The notes below the pieces were generated by a model that had not been told where the DNA came from, ran no database searches, and was given only the letters and a program-made list of their open reading frames with translations. Shown piece after piece: positions 18,761 to 27,944 of a stretch of DNA of 64,000 bases. Both the position numbers and the translations under genes were made by a program. The DNA lies in NCBI GenBank assembly GCA_964432675.1, contig CAYSOG010000001.1, forward strand, positions 4,523 through 68,522, in the 5' to 3' direction. Origin of the DNA: an uncultured Gammaproteobacteria bacterium. Its GTDB lineage: Bacteria; Patescibacteriota; Microgenomatia; CAYSOG01. Each line of letters opens with the position of its first letter. The first letter of the stretch is position 1.

Positions 18761-19233
18761 TCAATATATTCTATATCGTTTTCAGAGGAAGTAGGTTCAG
18801 GTTTTGTGGCAGTCATCTGATCGTAAAGTGATACGGGTTTTGCGCCTAATTCACCAACGACAATTTCGGTTGTCGTATTTTTTGCATTTACGTCTTCTGC
18901 CTCACGTTCGAAGCGCCATTTCCAGTAGGCATCTACCATTTTTAGCTGGCGTCTTTTTGTATCCGGCTGCCTTTGTTGGACACGCATCCGCAAGGCCGAA
19001 TGATAAAGCTTTTTAGCAAGGGCAAATTGCATTTCTATCTCATCTGGTTCTTGTGAAGCATTCAATTCATCGATACGCCCTTGGATGTATGCTTCCGGCA
19101 ACATGAGCTCTGATCCGACTGACCGTAGCCAATCGGTAGACTCATGTTTTATAAATCCCACAACATCAGGATTTGTAAGCCTTTCGACTGTAGTAGTATT
19201 TTCAGGTTTTGCAGCCACCATGTTCTCCATCAA
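18754..19233 (-). CDS. Hypothetical protein
   Basis: 159-aa ORF. A terminator-like hairpin plus T6 sits immediately upstream of its start. Confidence 0.45.
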   Translation of the reverse strand: MMENMVAAKPENTTTVERLTNPDVVGFIKHESTDWLRSVGSELMLPEAYIQGRIDELNASQEPDEIEMQFALAKKLYHSALRMRVQQRQPDTKRRQLKMVDAYWKWRFEREAEDVNAKNTTTEIVVGELGAKPVSLYDQMTATKPEPTSSENDIEYIDY

Positions 19234-19533
19234 AAAACCCTACCGATGTGCGGTAGGGTGTTAGCTATTTGTTATTACTTTCCAGCTACCCCACCGTGGT
19301 TTGCCATTGTATGCTAAACATGGCAAACTTGCCAGCATTACATGCTGAAGTACATAGTGTAATGGTAGTTTGATCTTTTGCAGCCATAATTACTCATTCA
19401 AAAACCTTTCCCGTTTTTTGAGAAAGGCTTATGTTTTTAGAAATAGTAACCTATTTCAATTGAACCTAGATAAATCATAGCGCAGGTAAGCGAAGCTTGT
19501 CAAGCACCTTCGAATAGCTGTACAATCACTGGT

Positions 19534-20865
19534 ATGGAACGAACACTGGTTGCTAATACTATCAATAAAACTGACCAAAAGGTTGCTATTAAAGGTTGGG
19601 TCAAAACTCGACGGGACCACGGTAAAATTGTCTTTTTGGATGTTTCAGACCGCAGTGGCGTATTGCAGGTTGTTGTCACTGATCCAGAAGTTGCATCAAA
19701 TAGCAATGTGTTCGACGTAGTTGCAATTACCGGAGAAATCCATAAACGCCCGGAAAAGTTGATTAATCCGGCTTTAGCAACTGGTACTATTGAAATGCAA
19801 GCTGAAAAGATTGAAATTATCAACAAGTCGCGGGAATTGCCGTTTGATTTAGGCGGTACAGATTTGCAAGTTACCTTACCAACATTGTTAGACAACCGGT
19901 CATTAACATTACGGCATCCAAAAGTGAGAGCAATCTTTAAAGTCCAAGCCCAAGTTATGGAAGGCTTTCGACAAGCGGCAAAAGCGCTTGATTGTGTTGA
20001 AATATTTGTACCAACGATAGCCGCTTCTGCAACCGAAGGAGGTGCCGAGGTTTTTACCGTTGATTATTATGGCCACCACGCGTTCTTAACCCAAAGTCCG
20101 CAGTTATATAAACAAATGTTAGTGCCGGTGTTTGAGCGAGTTTTCACTGTTGCCCATGCTTACCGCGCAGAACCATCGGTTACAACACGGCATCTTGCCG
20201 AAAGCATCCAAATGGATTGTGAGTTTGGTTTTGTGACATTCGATGAACTGCTCACATTGGTAGAAACGGTAGGTATTGAGACTTTAAAATATGTTGAAAA
20301 GATGTGCCAGGAAGAATTACAACTCTTTGGTGTTGAGAAAATTGCCTTCGGTAAAGTGCCACGTTTGACCTTACTTGAGGCACAGGAAATTATTTATAAA
20401 GAATTTGGCCGTGATGAACGCAAGGAAAAAGACTTAGCGCCACAAGATGAAGTCGATATTTGCAAGTGGGCGCTTGAAAAATATCATAGTGATTTGGTAA
20501 CGATTACCCACTTTCCCACAAAAAAGCGGGCTTTTTATACAATGCCCGACCCACAAAACCCCGAACTAAGTTTAAGTTACGATTTATTATTTCGCGGCGT
20601 TGAAATTTTAAGCGGCTCACAAAGAATACATGAGTACGATAAGCTAGTTAGTGCGATTAAAGATCGTGGCATGGACCCCGAGAACTTTGCCATGTATCTG
20701 CAAGCCTTTTTGTATGGTATGCCACCAGAAGGTGGATTTTCCTTCGGTCTGGAACGGATGACCCGCAATATCCTCGGTTTAGAAAATATTAGAGAAGCTT
20801 CGCTATTTCCAAGAGATATGGAAAGGGTTGATATTCGTTTTAGCAAGCTTGAAGAAGATGACTGA
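19534..20865 (+). CDS. aspS: Class IIb aminoacyl-tRNA synthetase, archaeal/eukaryal-type aspartyl- (or asparaginyl-) tRNA synthetase
   Basis: N-terminal OB fold (VAIKGWVKTRRDHGKIVFLDVSDRSG). Class II motifs (FRAEPSVTTRHLAE; GSQRIHEYD; GGFSFGLERM). The 443-aa length fits the AspRS2/AsnRS type. Asp versus Asn cannot be resolved by eye. Confidence 0.75.
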   Translation: MERTLVANTINKTDQKVAIKGWVKTRRDHGKIVFLDVSDRSGVLQVVVTDPEVASNSNVFDVVAITGEIHKRPEKLINPALATGTIEMQAEKIEIINKSRELPFDLGGTDLQVTLPTLLDNRSLTLRHPKVRAIFKVQAQVMEGFRQAAKALDCVEIFVPTIAASATEGGAEVFTVDYYGHHAFLTQSPQLYKQMLVPVFERVFTVAHAYRAEPSVTTRHLAESIQMDCEFGFVTFDELLTLVETVGIETLKYVEKMCQEELQLFGVEKIAFGKVPRLTLLEAQEIIYKEFGRDERKEKDLAPQDEVDICKWALEKYHSDLVTITHFPTKKRAFYTMPDPQNPELSLSYDLLFRGVEILSGSQRIHEYDKLVSAIKDRGMDPENFAMYLQAFLYGMPPEGGFSFGLERMTRNILGLENIREASLFPRDMERVDIRFSKLEEDD

Positions 20866-21895
20866 CCGCTCCAAACCATTTCGAAAATTCATAAAAAAAC
20901 TTGGAAGAACTAGGCAACATCCAGGTATGGTAATTATTACGCTATACCAGGTTGCAGCATACCTTATCATTTTTGCCATTTTTTTAAACTTACCCGGGAC
21001 AAATGCGTACAGTTTTAGTATATCTAAAAAATACCCTCCTCTTATTCAACATCTACCAATTTCCCAACCCACTATAGCTCCTTATCCAGTTGAAGTTAGT
21101 CGAACCGAGCCTCCAAGTGTCAGTGCCCAATCGATTATTATTACCGATTATGCAACCGGTGCGGTATTATTTCGGAAAAATGCGGCAGAACCCAGGCCGC
21201 CAGCTTCTTTAATCAAATTGCTCACAGCAAGGGTGGCACTAGAACATTGCGATAGGCAAACAGTGGTCGAAGTCCCGCAAACACTACGGCTGAAAAGTGA
21301 TGAATCGCGGATGGGGCTTGTTCCAGGTGAAAAGATTACTGTCGAAAACTTAATTTATGGCATGCTTTTACCTTCTGGTAACGATGCCGCTGATGTGTTA
21401 GCGCTTACTTGCACAGTACCAAAAACGTCGTTTGTAAGCTTGCTCAACGCAAAGGCCAATGAACTTGGGCTCATGCAAACACATATCACAAACCCATCAG
21501 GCCAAGACGAGGAAGGCAACGTAACATCAGCGAGTGACCTACAAAAAATTACAGCTTATTTTCTTGGAGACCCGTTTTTGGCTGCCGTTGTACGCACGCC
21601 CTATAAAGAAGTAACGGATACGAGTGGCACAATGAAGCACCAGTTGTTGAACACGAACGTCTTGCTTTCGGCAAACAGTAACGTTTTTGGCGTTAAAACC
21701 GGTACAACCGACAAAGCAGGCCAAAATTTTATTACACTGCTTAGTGTTTCGGAAGGTCGGAAAATCTATTTGGTTGAGTTGGGGAGTATAAGCCGCTTTT
21801 CCGAGGCGATACTCCTGGCGCGATGGGTTCAAGATAATTTTCGGTGGAAATACCCTTTACCGCCGCTTGATTATTCGCAGTATCTAATGAACTAG
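20858..21895 (+). CDS. D-alanyl-D-alanine carboxypeptidase (S11 peptidase, PBP5-like)
   Basis: SxxK (ASLIKLLTA), SGN (LPSGNDAA) and KTG (VKTGTTDKAG) motifs. N-terminal TM. Start ambiguous (TTG 20828 or ATG 20858). Overlaps the aspS stop. Confidence 0.8.
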   Translation: MTDRSKPFRKFIKKLGRTRQHPGMVIITLYQVAAYLIIFAIFLNLPGTNAYSFSISKKYPPLIQHLPISQPTIAPYPVEVSRTEPPSVSAQSIIITDYATGAVLFRKNAAEPRPPASLIKLLTARVALEHCDRQTVVEVPQTLRLKSDESRMGLVPGEKITVENLIYGMLLPSGNDAADVLALTCTVPKTSFVSLLNAKANELGLMQTHITNPSGQDEEGNVTSASDLQKITAYFLGDPFLAAVVRTPYKEVTDTSGTMKHQLLNTNVLLSANSNVFGVKTGTTDKAGQNFITLLSVSEGRKIYLVELGSISRFSEAILLARWVQDNFRWKYPLPPLDYSQYLMN

Positions 21896-22976
21896 ATTGG
21901 TTTTGTTGCGTTGTATCTATCTGGCTTGTTTGGGATGTATTGACTGCATCACTTTTTAATGCAGAAACATAAGCTGTAAAATTTTCACCAATAAAAATAT
22001 AAACCGGATAAAGAAAACTGGTGCCATGTTCGAAATAAGCCAGCCGAACTTCATTAATCGTAACGCTACCGCTGTTGTCGGATTGTGCAATATAGGCATT
22101 ACCATTTTTTAAAGCAGTAAACGCTTCATCATGACTGATAGTGGGGTATGTTTCCGGCTTATCAGCGATCGGAAAGTAATATTGTTGAGCCTCGATGACT
22201 TGCTTTGCAGGCATATCATTGGCTGTGACGATTGCATACGTTGGACTTTCGTTTGGCATATCGTAAACAATTGGCACGTCTTCCTTAGTATCACTGACGT
22301 CTTTTGGAAAGAAGTTAACCCGTACTGCATCGGGCGTTTGGGAAGCATCGGCAAGTGGCACAAGCTGGCCGTCGCTATATGAGAAATTTTCCGGAATTGG
22401 ATCGTTTGCAGTTAAATCATCAGGCAAGCTCGCGGCACCATGAAAGAACTGCCTTGCTTTATCGATATAATCTTGGGGGGCTAGCTGTGCAGCGGCGGTA
22501 AAAACGGAAGGATCGTTGCGGAAATTGTAGCGCATAATAAAGTTTTCCCCAAGTAGCGTGACTTGCAGGGTTCGGCTTTTGAGTTGGGTGTCAGTGAACA
22601 AGAGGGTATTATTGTTGCTTTGGGTTGGTGTTTTGGGAAAGCCTAGTGCAGCGGCTTTTGCTACCGCAGTTTCTTTATCACCAAAAGCTAATTTGGGCAC
22701 CTGGATTTTCCAAACAGCTGCAACACCAGGGAAATCATTCGGTGTTTTAATTGGCTCGAGTGTTAGTTGCGGCAGTGAAAATTGGCTCTTTGGAAAAAGC
22801 GGTGGCGGCAATTTGCCGTACCCCATTGTAGGTACCGCCACTGCCTCTTTTGGGGCGAAAAATGACTTTTGGGCATACGCCCAAGCGTAGACTGCTATAG
22901 TTAAAATGATAAGCACAAGTGCTGCGACCTTCAAAAAGGTACGCATAACCTGGGCAGTTTCAGTGAGCGAAGACAT
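21741..22976 (-). CDS. Hypothetical membrane-anchored secreted protein with low-complexity C-terminus
   Basis: N-terminal TM (VAALVLIILTIAVYAWAY). 411 aa. The 3' end overlaps convergently with the D-Ala-D-Ala carboxypeptidase gene by about 155 bp. Confidence 0.45.
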   Translation of the reverse strand: MSSLTETAQVMRTFLKVAALVLIILTIAVYAWAYAQKSFFAPKEAVAVPTMGYGKLPPPLFPKSQFSLPQLTLEPIKTPNDFPGVAAVWKIQVPKLAFGDKETAVAKAAALGFPKTPTQSNNNTLLFTDTQLKSRTLQVTLLGENFIMRYNFRNDPSVFTAAAQLAPQDYIDKARQFFHGAASLPDDLTANDPIPENFSYSDGQLVPLADASQTPDAVRVNFFPKDVSDTKEDVPIVYDMPNESPTYAIVTANDMPAKQVIEAQQYYFPIADKPETYPTISHDEAFTALKNGNAYIAQSDNSGSVTINEVRLAYFEHGTSFLYPVYIFIGENFTAYVSALKSDAVNTSQTSQIDTTQQNQSSSLDTANNQAAVKGISTENYLEPIAPGVSPRKSGLYSPTQPNRFSDLPKH

Positions 22977-23190
22977 ATGTTAGGTAAGTATGAGTATACC
23001 AGGTTGAACGTAACCTGTGCTACAATGAGGCAAAATCAGTGGCAGAAACATTAAAAAATTAAGTATCAAAATGCAAAATGACAATGTAATAATCAAGCTT
23101 ATTTATAGTTCTTAATTAATTAGTACCTTTGCATCTTGCATCATAATTTTGCTTTTTACATGTTAATTTTTACTAGAAGCCAGATTTACT

Positions 23191-24618
23191 ATGAAGAAAA
23201 AATACTCTGAAATAGTTTCGCGTTTTGCTCCTTCGCCGACGGGTGATCCTCATATTGGGAACATTAGAACGGCATTATTTACGTATCTTTTTATTAAAAG
23301 CCAACATGGTAAATTTATTTTACGGATTGAAGATACTGATAAAGCCCGGGAAGTTCCTGGCAGTATCGATCGGATAAAAGACGGCTTACAATGGCTCGGT
23401 ATTTCCTATGACGAAGGCCCAATTTTGCAATCCAGTAGGCTGGCTCTTTATAAAAAAGCAGCTTTAGACCTCGTCCAGCATGGCCACGCTTATTATTGTT
23501 TTTGCACACCGCAACGGTTAGAAGAACTGCGGAGAAAGCAGGAAAAAGACCATTTACCGCCAATGTACGATCGGCATTGCCGCACCTTATCGCGCGATGA
23601 AGCATTGCAACGAACCCAAACTGAACCGTACGTCGTCCGTCTAAAGGTGCCAGATACTGGGGAAACTGCGTTTACCGATTACTTACGTGGCACTATTACC
23701 GTCCAAAATAAAACCATAGACGACCAAGTCCTTTTAAAATCCGATGGCTACCCCACTTATCATTTGGCAGTTGTGGTTGATGACCACGACATGGGCATTA
23801 CCCACGTTATGCGTGGTGAGGACTGGATTTCTTCTACTCCAAAGCATGTCCTTTTATACCAATTTTTTGGTTGGGAAATGCCTACCTTTGTCCACCTCTC
23901 ACTCATCATAGGCAAGGACAAAAAGAAACTATCAAAGCGCCTTGGTGATCTGTCATTACTCAGTTATAAAGAGCAAGGCTACCAACCATTAGCAGTGCTT
24001 AACTTTTTGTCTCGATTGGGATATTCACCAAAAGACGATCGTAAGTTATATAGTTTGGATGAGCTAGCCCAGGAATTTTCCCTTGACCGGCTACATAAAA
24101 ATCCAGCTATTTTTGATTTGGATAAGCTCAATTGGTTCAACCGCCTGGCGAAAGAAACCGGTGAAACAGAAGGAAACTTGATTGAACCAATTACTGAAAC
24201 ATTGCAAAGCCACCACGTGGTCCAAAATCCGTTGACCGACGTTGAATATCATTTTGTTAAAGAAGCTGCCAAACGTATAACGACGACAAATGAAGTAGCG
24301 GCTACTTTGTCTTATCTTTGGCAACGTCCAGAAAAGGTGCATTTGGATGAGTTAGTAAATGCACATAGTGAAACGTCTGTTAAAAATGTTTTTACAGATA
24401 TTGAAGCAGCAGCCGAGAAAATAACTGACTGGGACGAAAATACCGTGGGTACGCTACTGCGGGAACAGCAACGAATGTTAAGCGATTGGCCTAGTCGTGA
24501 CTTTTATCAACTTTTAACATTAGTTATTTCTGGGTCAACTTCCGCACCGCCACTATTTGCATCAATCGCATTACTGGGAAAAGAAGAATTTTTGAAACGC
24601 TTGGAAAATGCGTTATAA
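23191..24618 (+). CDS. gltX: Glutamyl-tRNA synthetase
   Basis: HIGH motif (PSPTGDPHIGNIRTALF) and KMSKS-like KLSKR. Typical 475-aa bacterial GluRS. Confidence 0.9.
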   Translation: MKKKYSEIVSRFAPSPTGDPHIGNIRTALFTYLFIKSQHGKFILRIEDTDKAREVPGSIDRIKDGLQWLGISYDEGPILQSSRLALYKKAALDLVQHGHAYYCFCTPQRLEELRRKQEKDHLPPMYDRHCRTLSRDEALQRTQTEPYVVRLKVPDTGETAFTDYLRGTITVQNKTIDDQVLLKSDGYPTYHLAVVVDDHDMGITHVMRGEDWISSTPKHVLLYQFFGWEMPTFVHLSLIIGKDKKKLSKRLGDLSLLSYKEQGYQPLAVLNFLSRLGYSPKDDRKLYSLDELAQEFSLDRLHKNPAIFDLDKLNWFNRLAKETGETEGNLIEPITETLQSHHVVQNPLTDVEYHFVKEAAKRITTTNEVAATLSYLWQRPEKVHLDELVNAHSETSVKNVFTDIEAAAEKITDWDENTVGTLLREQQRMLSDWPSRDFYQLLTLVISGSTSAPPLFASIALLGKEEFLKRLENAL

Positions 24619-24643
24619 AAAAGGGAGACATATATATGTCTCC
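24614..24643 (-). terminator. Intrinsic terminator for minus-strand small genes (palindrome GGGAGACATATATATGTCTCCC + T6 on minus strand)
   Basis: Perfect palindrome at 24622-24643 preceded on the plus strand by AAAAAA. Lies between the gltX stop and the minus-strand gene stop. Confidence 0.6.
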
Positions 24644-24656
24644 CCGAATAATCCTA

Positions 24657-24848
24657 CTATGGTAAACCGGCTCTGGCTATCTTGCCTGCAAGTAGACGAA
24701 GTTCATTTATAATTTCCTTTACATCTTCTCGGGTATGTTCAGGGAAACTAGTTGTATCAGTGACATGCAATGCCTCTTGCAATCGGTTTGCGTATTTTTC
24801 TAAAGAGTCATAATATGCTGCCATTTGATGTGCTTTATCACCGGCCAT
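24657..24848 (-). CDS. Small hypothetical helical protein (63 aa)
   Basis: ORF paired with the adjacent 70-aa ORF. Both are predicted helical, with no recognisable family. Confidence 0.35.
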   Translation of the reverse strand: MAGDKAHQMAAYYDSLEKYANRLQEALHVTDTTSFPEHTREDVKEIINELRLLAGKIARAGLP

Positions 24849-24863
24849 GAATGCATCCCTCCT

Positions 24864-25076
24864 TTAGAGTGCCACTCTTCGATTGACCTGTTGCCGTATA
24901 TCTTCTGTCTTTTGTGAAAGATCCTTTAATTCTTTTGCAATACCGAGGAAAAAATATTCCTGCTGATGAGAAGCTGCATTTACGGTCGCTTGTTCCATTG
25001 CTTCATCTGCAAGAAGGCCAAGCTTTCGCGAAATAGCAACTAATTCATTCGAAAACTTTGGTAAAGCCATCGCCAC
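24864..25076 (-). CDS. Small hypothetical helical protein (70 aa)
   Basis: ORF upstream of the 63-aa partner, 15-nt gap. Confidence 0.35.
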   Translation of the reverse strand: MAMALPKFSNELVAISRKLGLLADEAMEQATVNAASHQQEYFFLGIAKELKDLSQKTEDIRQQVNRRVAL

Positions 25077-25214
25077 TCCTTCTATTTGGAAGTGCTATCC
25101 TGCTTCGCTAACAGGGTTTGTATTATTATAATCCTGTGTTGCAACTAGCACTAAGCATAATTGCGCGTTTACAATTTTTCTGAAATATAGTAAGGTGGGT
25201 ATACAGGTGAAATT

Positions 25215-26378
25215 ATGACTGAAACAGGTAAAAAAGCACTTGCGTTATACAAAAAATTCAACGGAACACTTGCCACCACCATTAAAGTTCCTCTCGAAAC
25301 TGAAGAAGATTTTTCCATAGCCTACATGCCCGGTGTCGCCGAGGTGGCTATGGCATGCACGGTCGACCAGGCAAACGCATCTCTTTATACCATTAAAGGG
25401 CACTCGGTTGCTGTTGTAACTGATGGTTCTTCTGTATTGGGTCTGGGAAATATTGGGCCGCTTGGTGCTTTGCCGGTTATGGAAAGTAAGGCGATGCTCT
25501 ACAAAAAGCTTGTTGATATCGACGCTTTTCCGATTTGTTTAGCGACACAAGACGCTGATGAAATGGTCAAAACAATCAAGAATATCGCTCCGGCTTTTGG
25601 CGCCATTCATTTAGAAGACATCGCTGCACCAAGATGTTTTGAAGTTGAAAATACGCTACAGGAACAAGGTATACTGGCTGCCCATAATGACCAACATGGC
25701 ACGGCACTTGTAATTCGCGCGGCCTTAGTAAATGCCGCAAAAGTAGTTGGCAAACCGTTTAGCTCGTTGAAGGTGGTAATTTCTGGCGGTGGCGCTGCGG
25801 CGCAAGCTACGGCAAAACTTCTTCTTTGTGACGGTGTTACGAAAGACTGTGAGGGCGTAGCCGATGTTATTGTGGTTGACAGCAAAGGTATTATTGAACC
25901 AGCTCGAAGAGATCTCGACACTTACAAGCAATACATCGCAGAGCACACAAATAAGGAAAAGAAAACGGGCGATATCGATAACGCATTAACCGGCGCTGAC
26001 GTTTTTATCGGCGTTTCTCGCGGTAATATTATAGCCGATACTATACTAAAAGAAATGGCCCAAAAGGCAATTGTTTTCGCGCTTTCCAATCCTGATCCTG
26101 AAGTTCATCCAGACAAGGCAAAAGATGCCGGTGCTGCCGTTATCGCAACAGGCCGGGCCGATTTTCCAAACCAGGTTAATAATGCGCTCGGGTATCCAGG
26201 CCTATTCAAGGGTGCAATCGAAGCGAAAGCTAAAAAGATTACACAAAACATGGTTATTGCAGCAAGCGATGCACTCGCTGCAGCTGTCGAAAACCCAACT
26301 GCCGATAATATAATTCCCACAATATTCACCCCGGGCATTTTCGACAAAATCGCTCAAGCCGTCAAAGAAGCCGTCTAA
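25215..26378 (+). CDS. NAD(P)-dependent malic enzyme (short form)
   Basis: YMPGVAEV; VVTDGSSVLGLGNIGPLGALPVMESKAMLYK; Rossmann GGGAAAQA. Matches short roughly 390-aa malic enzymes. Confidence 0.85.
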   Translation: MTETGKKALALYKKFNGTLATTIKVPLETEEDFSIAYMPGVAEVAMACTVDQANASLYTIKGHSVAVVTDGSSVLGLGNIGPLGALPVMESKAMLYKKLVDIDAFPICLATQDADEMVKTIKNIAPAFGAIHLEDIAAPRCFEVENTLQEQGILAAHNDQHGTALVIRAALVNAAKVVGKPFSSLKVVISGGGAAAQATAKLLLCDGVTKDCEGVADVIVVDSKGIIEPARRDLDTYKQYIAEHTNKEKKTGDIDNALTGADVFIGVSRGNIIADTILKEMAQKAIVFALSNPDPEVHPDKAKDAGAAVIATGRADFPNQVNNALGYPGLFKGAIEAKAKKITQNMVIAASDALAAAVENPTADNIIPTIFTPGIFDKIAQAVKEAV

Positions 26379-26455
26379 AATTGCTTTCACTCCCTAAAAT
26401 CTGCTAAAATTATGCCTGTTTGAAGGCGTTTTTTCTCGTCTCACGCCCTAAACTA

Positions 26456-26526
26456 TGCGGGATCGTCTAATGGTAGGACACATGCCTCTGGAGCATGGTA
26501 TCTAGGTCCGAATCCTAGTCCCGCAG
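26456..26526 (+). tRNA. tRNA-Gln (anticodon CUG), no encoded 3' CCA
   Basis: Manual fold: acceptor TGCGGGA/TCCCGCA with U1-A72 and G73 (typical tRNA-Gln identity). D-arm GTCT/GGAC. Anticodon stem CATGC/GCATG with loop CUCUGGA (CUG at 34-36). T-arm CTAGG-TCCGAAT-CCTAG. 3' end followed by CTCG. Confidence 0.7.
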
Positions 26527-26596
26527 CTCGTGTTCTGCCAGATAGACGATGTGGGAACTTCCCTATCGTAATTTTGTAATCTGATATACTCTATTT

Positions 26597-27064
26597 ATGT
26601 ATAATCACGCTCCAAACGAGTATATGTGCCCGCTTTGTTTACTTGGAAAAGAAGCATATAAGTCACCGCTTGTTGTTGTTCCAGACGACGTTGTTTTACG
26701 GACAGAAAAGATAACGGCATTTATTTCTTCTAAATGGTGGCCAAATAATAAAGGCCATATCATTATTATCCCAAATGCTCATTTTGAGAATGTATATGAT
26801 ATTGAGACAGATTATCTTCATGAAATTGCTGACACCTCAAAGAAAATGGCCATTGCGATAAGGAAAGCATATGGTTGTGATGGAATAACTATTCGGCAAC
26901 ACAATGAGCCAGCAGGAAGTCAAGATGTTTGGCATTACCACATGCATGTTATCCCACGGTATACAAATGACGACTTTTATCGAACTGATGCGATTAAAGG
27001 TTGGATTAATCCGAAAGAAAGAAAAGTTTATGCAGATAAAATTAGAAAAGTATTATCTCGATAA
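26597..27064 (+). CDS. HIT (histidine triad) family hydrolase
   Basis: C-terminal HxHxHxx motif (VWHYHMHVIPR) and the HIT fold core (KGHIIIIPNAHFENVYD). Confidence 0.8.
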   Translation: MYNHAPNEYMCPLCLLGKEAYKSPLVVVPDDVVLRTEKITAFISSKWWPNNKGHIIIIPNAHFENVYDIETDYLHEIADTSKKMAIAIRKAYGCDGITIRQHNEPAGSQDVWHYHMHVIPRYTNDDFYRTDAIKGWINPKERKVYADKIRKVLSR

Positions 27065-27095
27065 AAAGTTCCCACATAGTCAACCAGTGCCAGCT
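27062..27095. repeat. Direct repeat copy A (34 bp, perfect) ataaaaagttcccacatagtcaaccagtgccagct
   Basis: Identical to 27413-27446. Begins within the HIT stop codon. Confidence 0.85.
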
Positions 27096-27137
27096 CAGCT
27101 TGTGCTTAGCGTATGATTTAAGAAATATCCTACTATT

Positions 27138-27398
27138 TTATTTGAACCAGTGGAAAAAGGCAAAGAGGTTACTAATTATAACTAAGGCACCTACTAACAA
27201 CAAGATTACAACTCCAGCAATAATGCTTACTGTTAGCGAGGTCATTTTGGCCTTATAAAATTGGTCGCCAACTTTGGTAAGGGTAGTAACTTTGCCATTT
27301 TGTTGATCGTGTAGTGATTTGAGTGCTATATAACCAATTACAAGAACGAAGATAAAACTCAAGATTACAGAAATAGGTATTTGAGGGTCATTACCCAT
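27138..27398 (-). CDS. Small two-TM membrane protein (86 aa) bracketed by the direct repeats
   Basis: Two hydrophobic helices. This is the only gene between the repeat copies. Confidence 0.45.
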   Translation of the reverse strand: MGNDPQIPISVILSFIFVLVIGYIALKSLHDQQNGKVTTLTKVGDQFYKAKMTSLTVSIIAGVVILLLVGALVIISNLFAFFHWFK

Positions 27399-27412
27399 AC
27401 TTACATGGTAGC

Positions 27413-27446
27413 ATAAAAAGTTCCCACATAGTCAACCAGTGCCAGC
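27413..27446. repeat. Direct repeat copy B (34 bp, perfect)
   Basis: Identical to 27062-27095. Confidence 0.85.
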
Positions 27447-27490
27447 TTTGATCCGCTTGCAATTTTGATAGGAAAGTCGGTCTCCGTTAT

Positions 27491-27874
27491 TTGAGTTTAC
27501 AAGATCATCCAGGTAAGTCGTTAGACGAATTGATAGAAATTATTACTAAAACCGGAACTGATAGGTACAATATTTCACGAAAAATGGCTGTTGCACATGA
27601 TTTTTATTCTGATAAAGGGATTGAAATTTTTGCCGTACCAGCAGAAGTGAACAAAGAACTGGACATATCCGCAGAAGCGATCCAAGATTTTTATGAGGGT
27701 GCATTAAAAGATAGAGGATATTCATTAAAGATTGATCTAGTAGTTATTTATGACCTAGAACAGCTTGAACTTATTCCTATAAAATATGACGACGGTATTG
27801 GCAAAGATGCATATAAATTTCGGTATCCCAGCAGAAAAAGTGATGCGGTGTTAGGATTTATTAAAATTACATAA
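27491..27874 (+). CDS. Hypothetical protein (TTG start)
   Basis: Frame opens at 27452. TTG 27491 lies 12 nt after AGGAAAG. 127 aa, no family recognised. Confidence 0.35.
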   Translation: MSLQDHPGKSLDELIEIITKTGTDRYNISRKMAVAHDFYSDKGIEIFAVPAEVNKELDISAEAIQDFYEGALKDRGYSLKIDLVVIYDLEQLELIPIKYDDGIGKDAYKFRYPSRKSDAVLGFIKIT

Positions 27875-27944
27875 ATAAGGTCTAACTCTGTCAATAAATC
27901 CAGCTGAAAAGACAATAGACAAATGGTGATAAAATAAAGTCATT

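Noticed and set aside
19234-19533. T-box leader upstream of aspS and gltX
   Set aside because: No AGGGTGGNACCGCG T-box core sequence was found in either upstream region.
26379-26455. Sigma70 promoter for tRNA-Gln (TTGAAG ... TAAACT)
   Set aside because: The spacer between the candidate hexamers is 23 nt, too long for a confident call.
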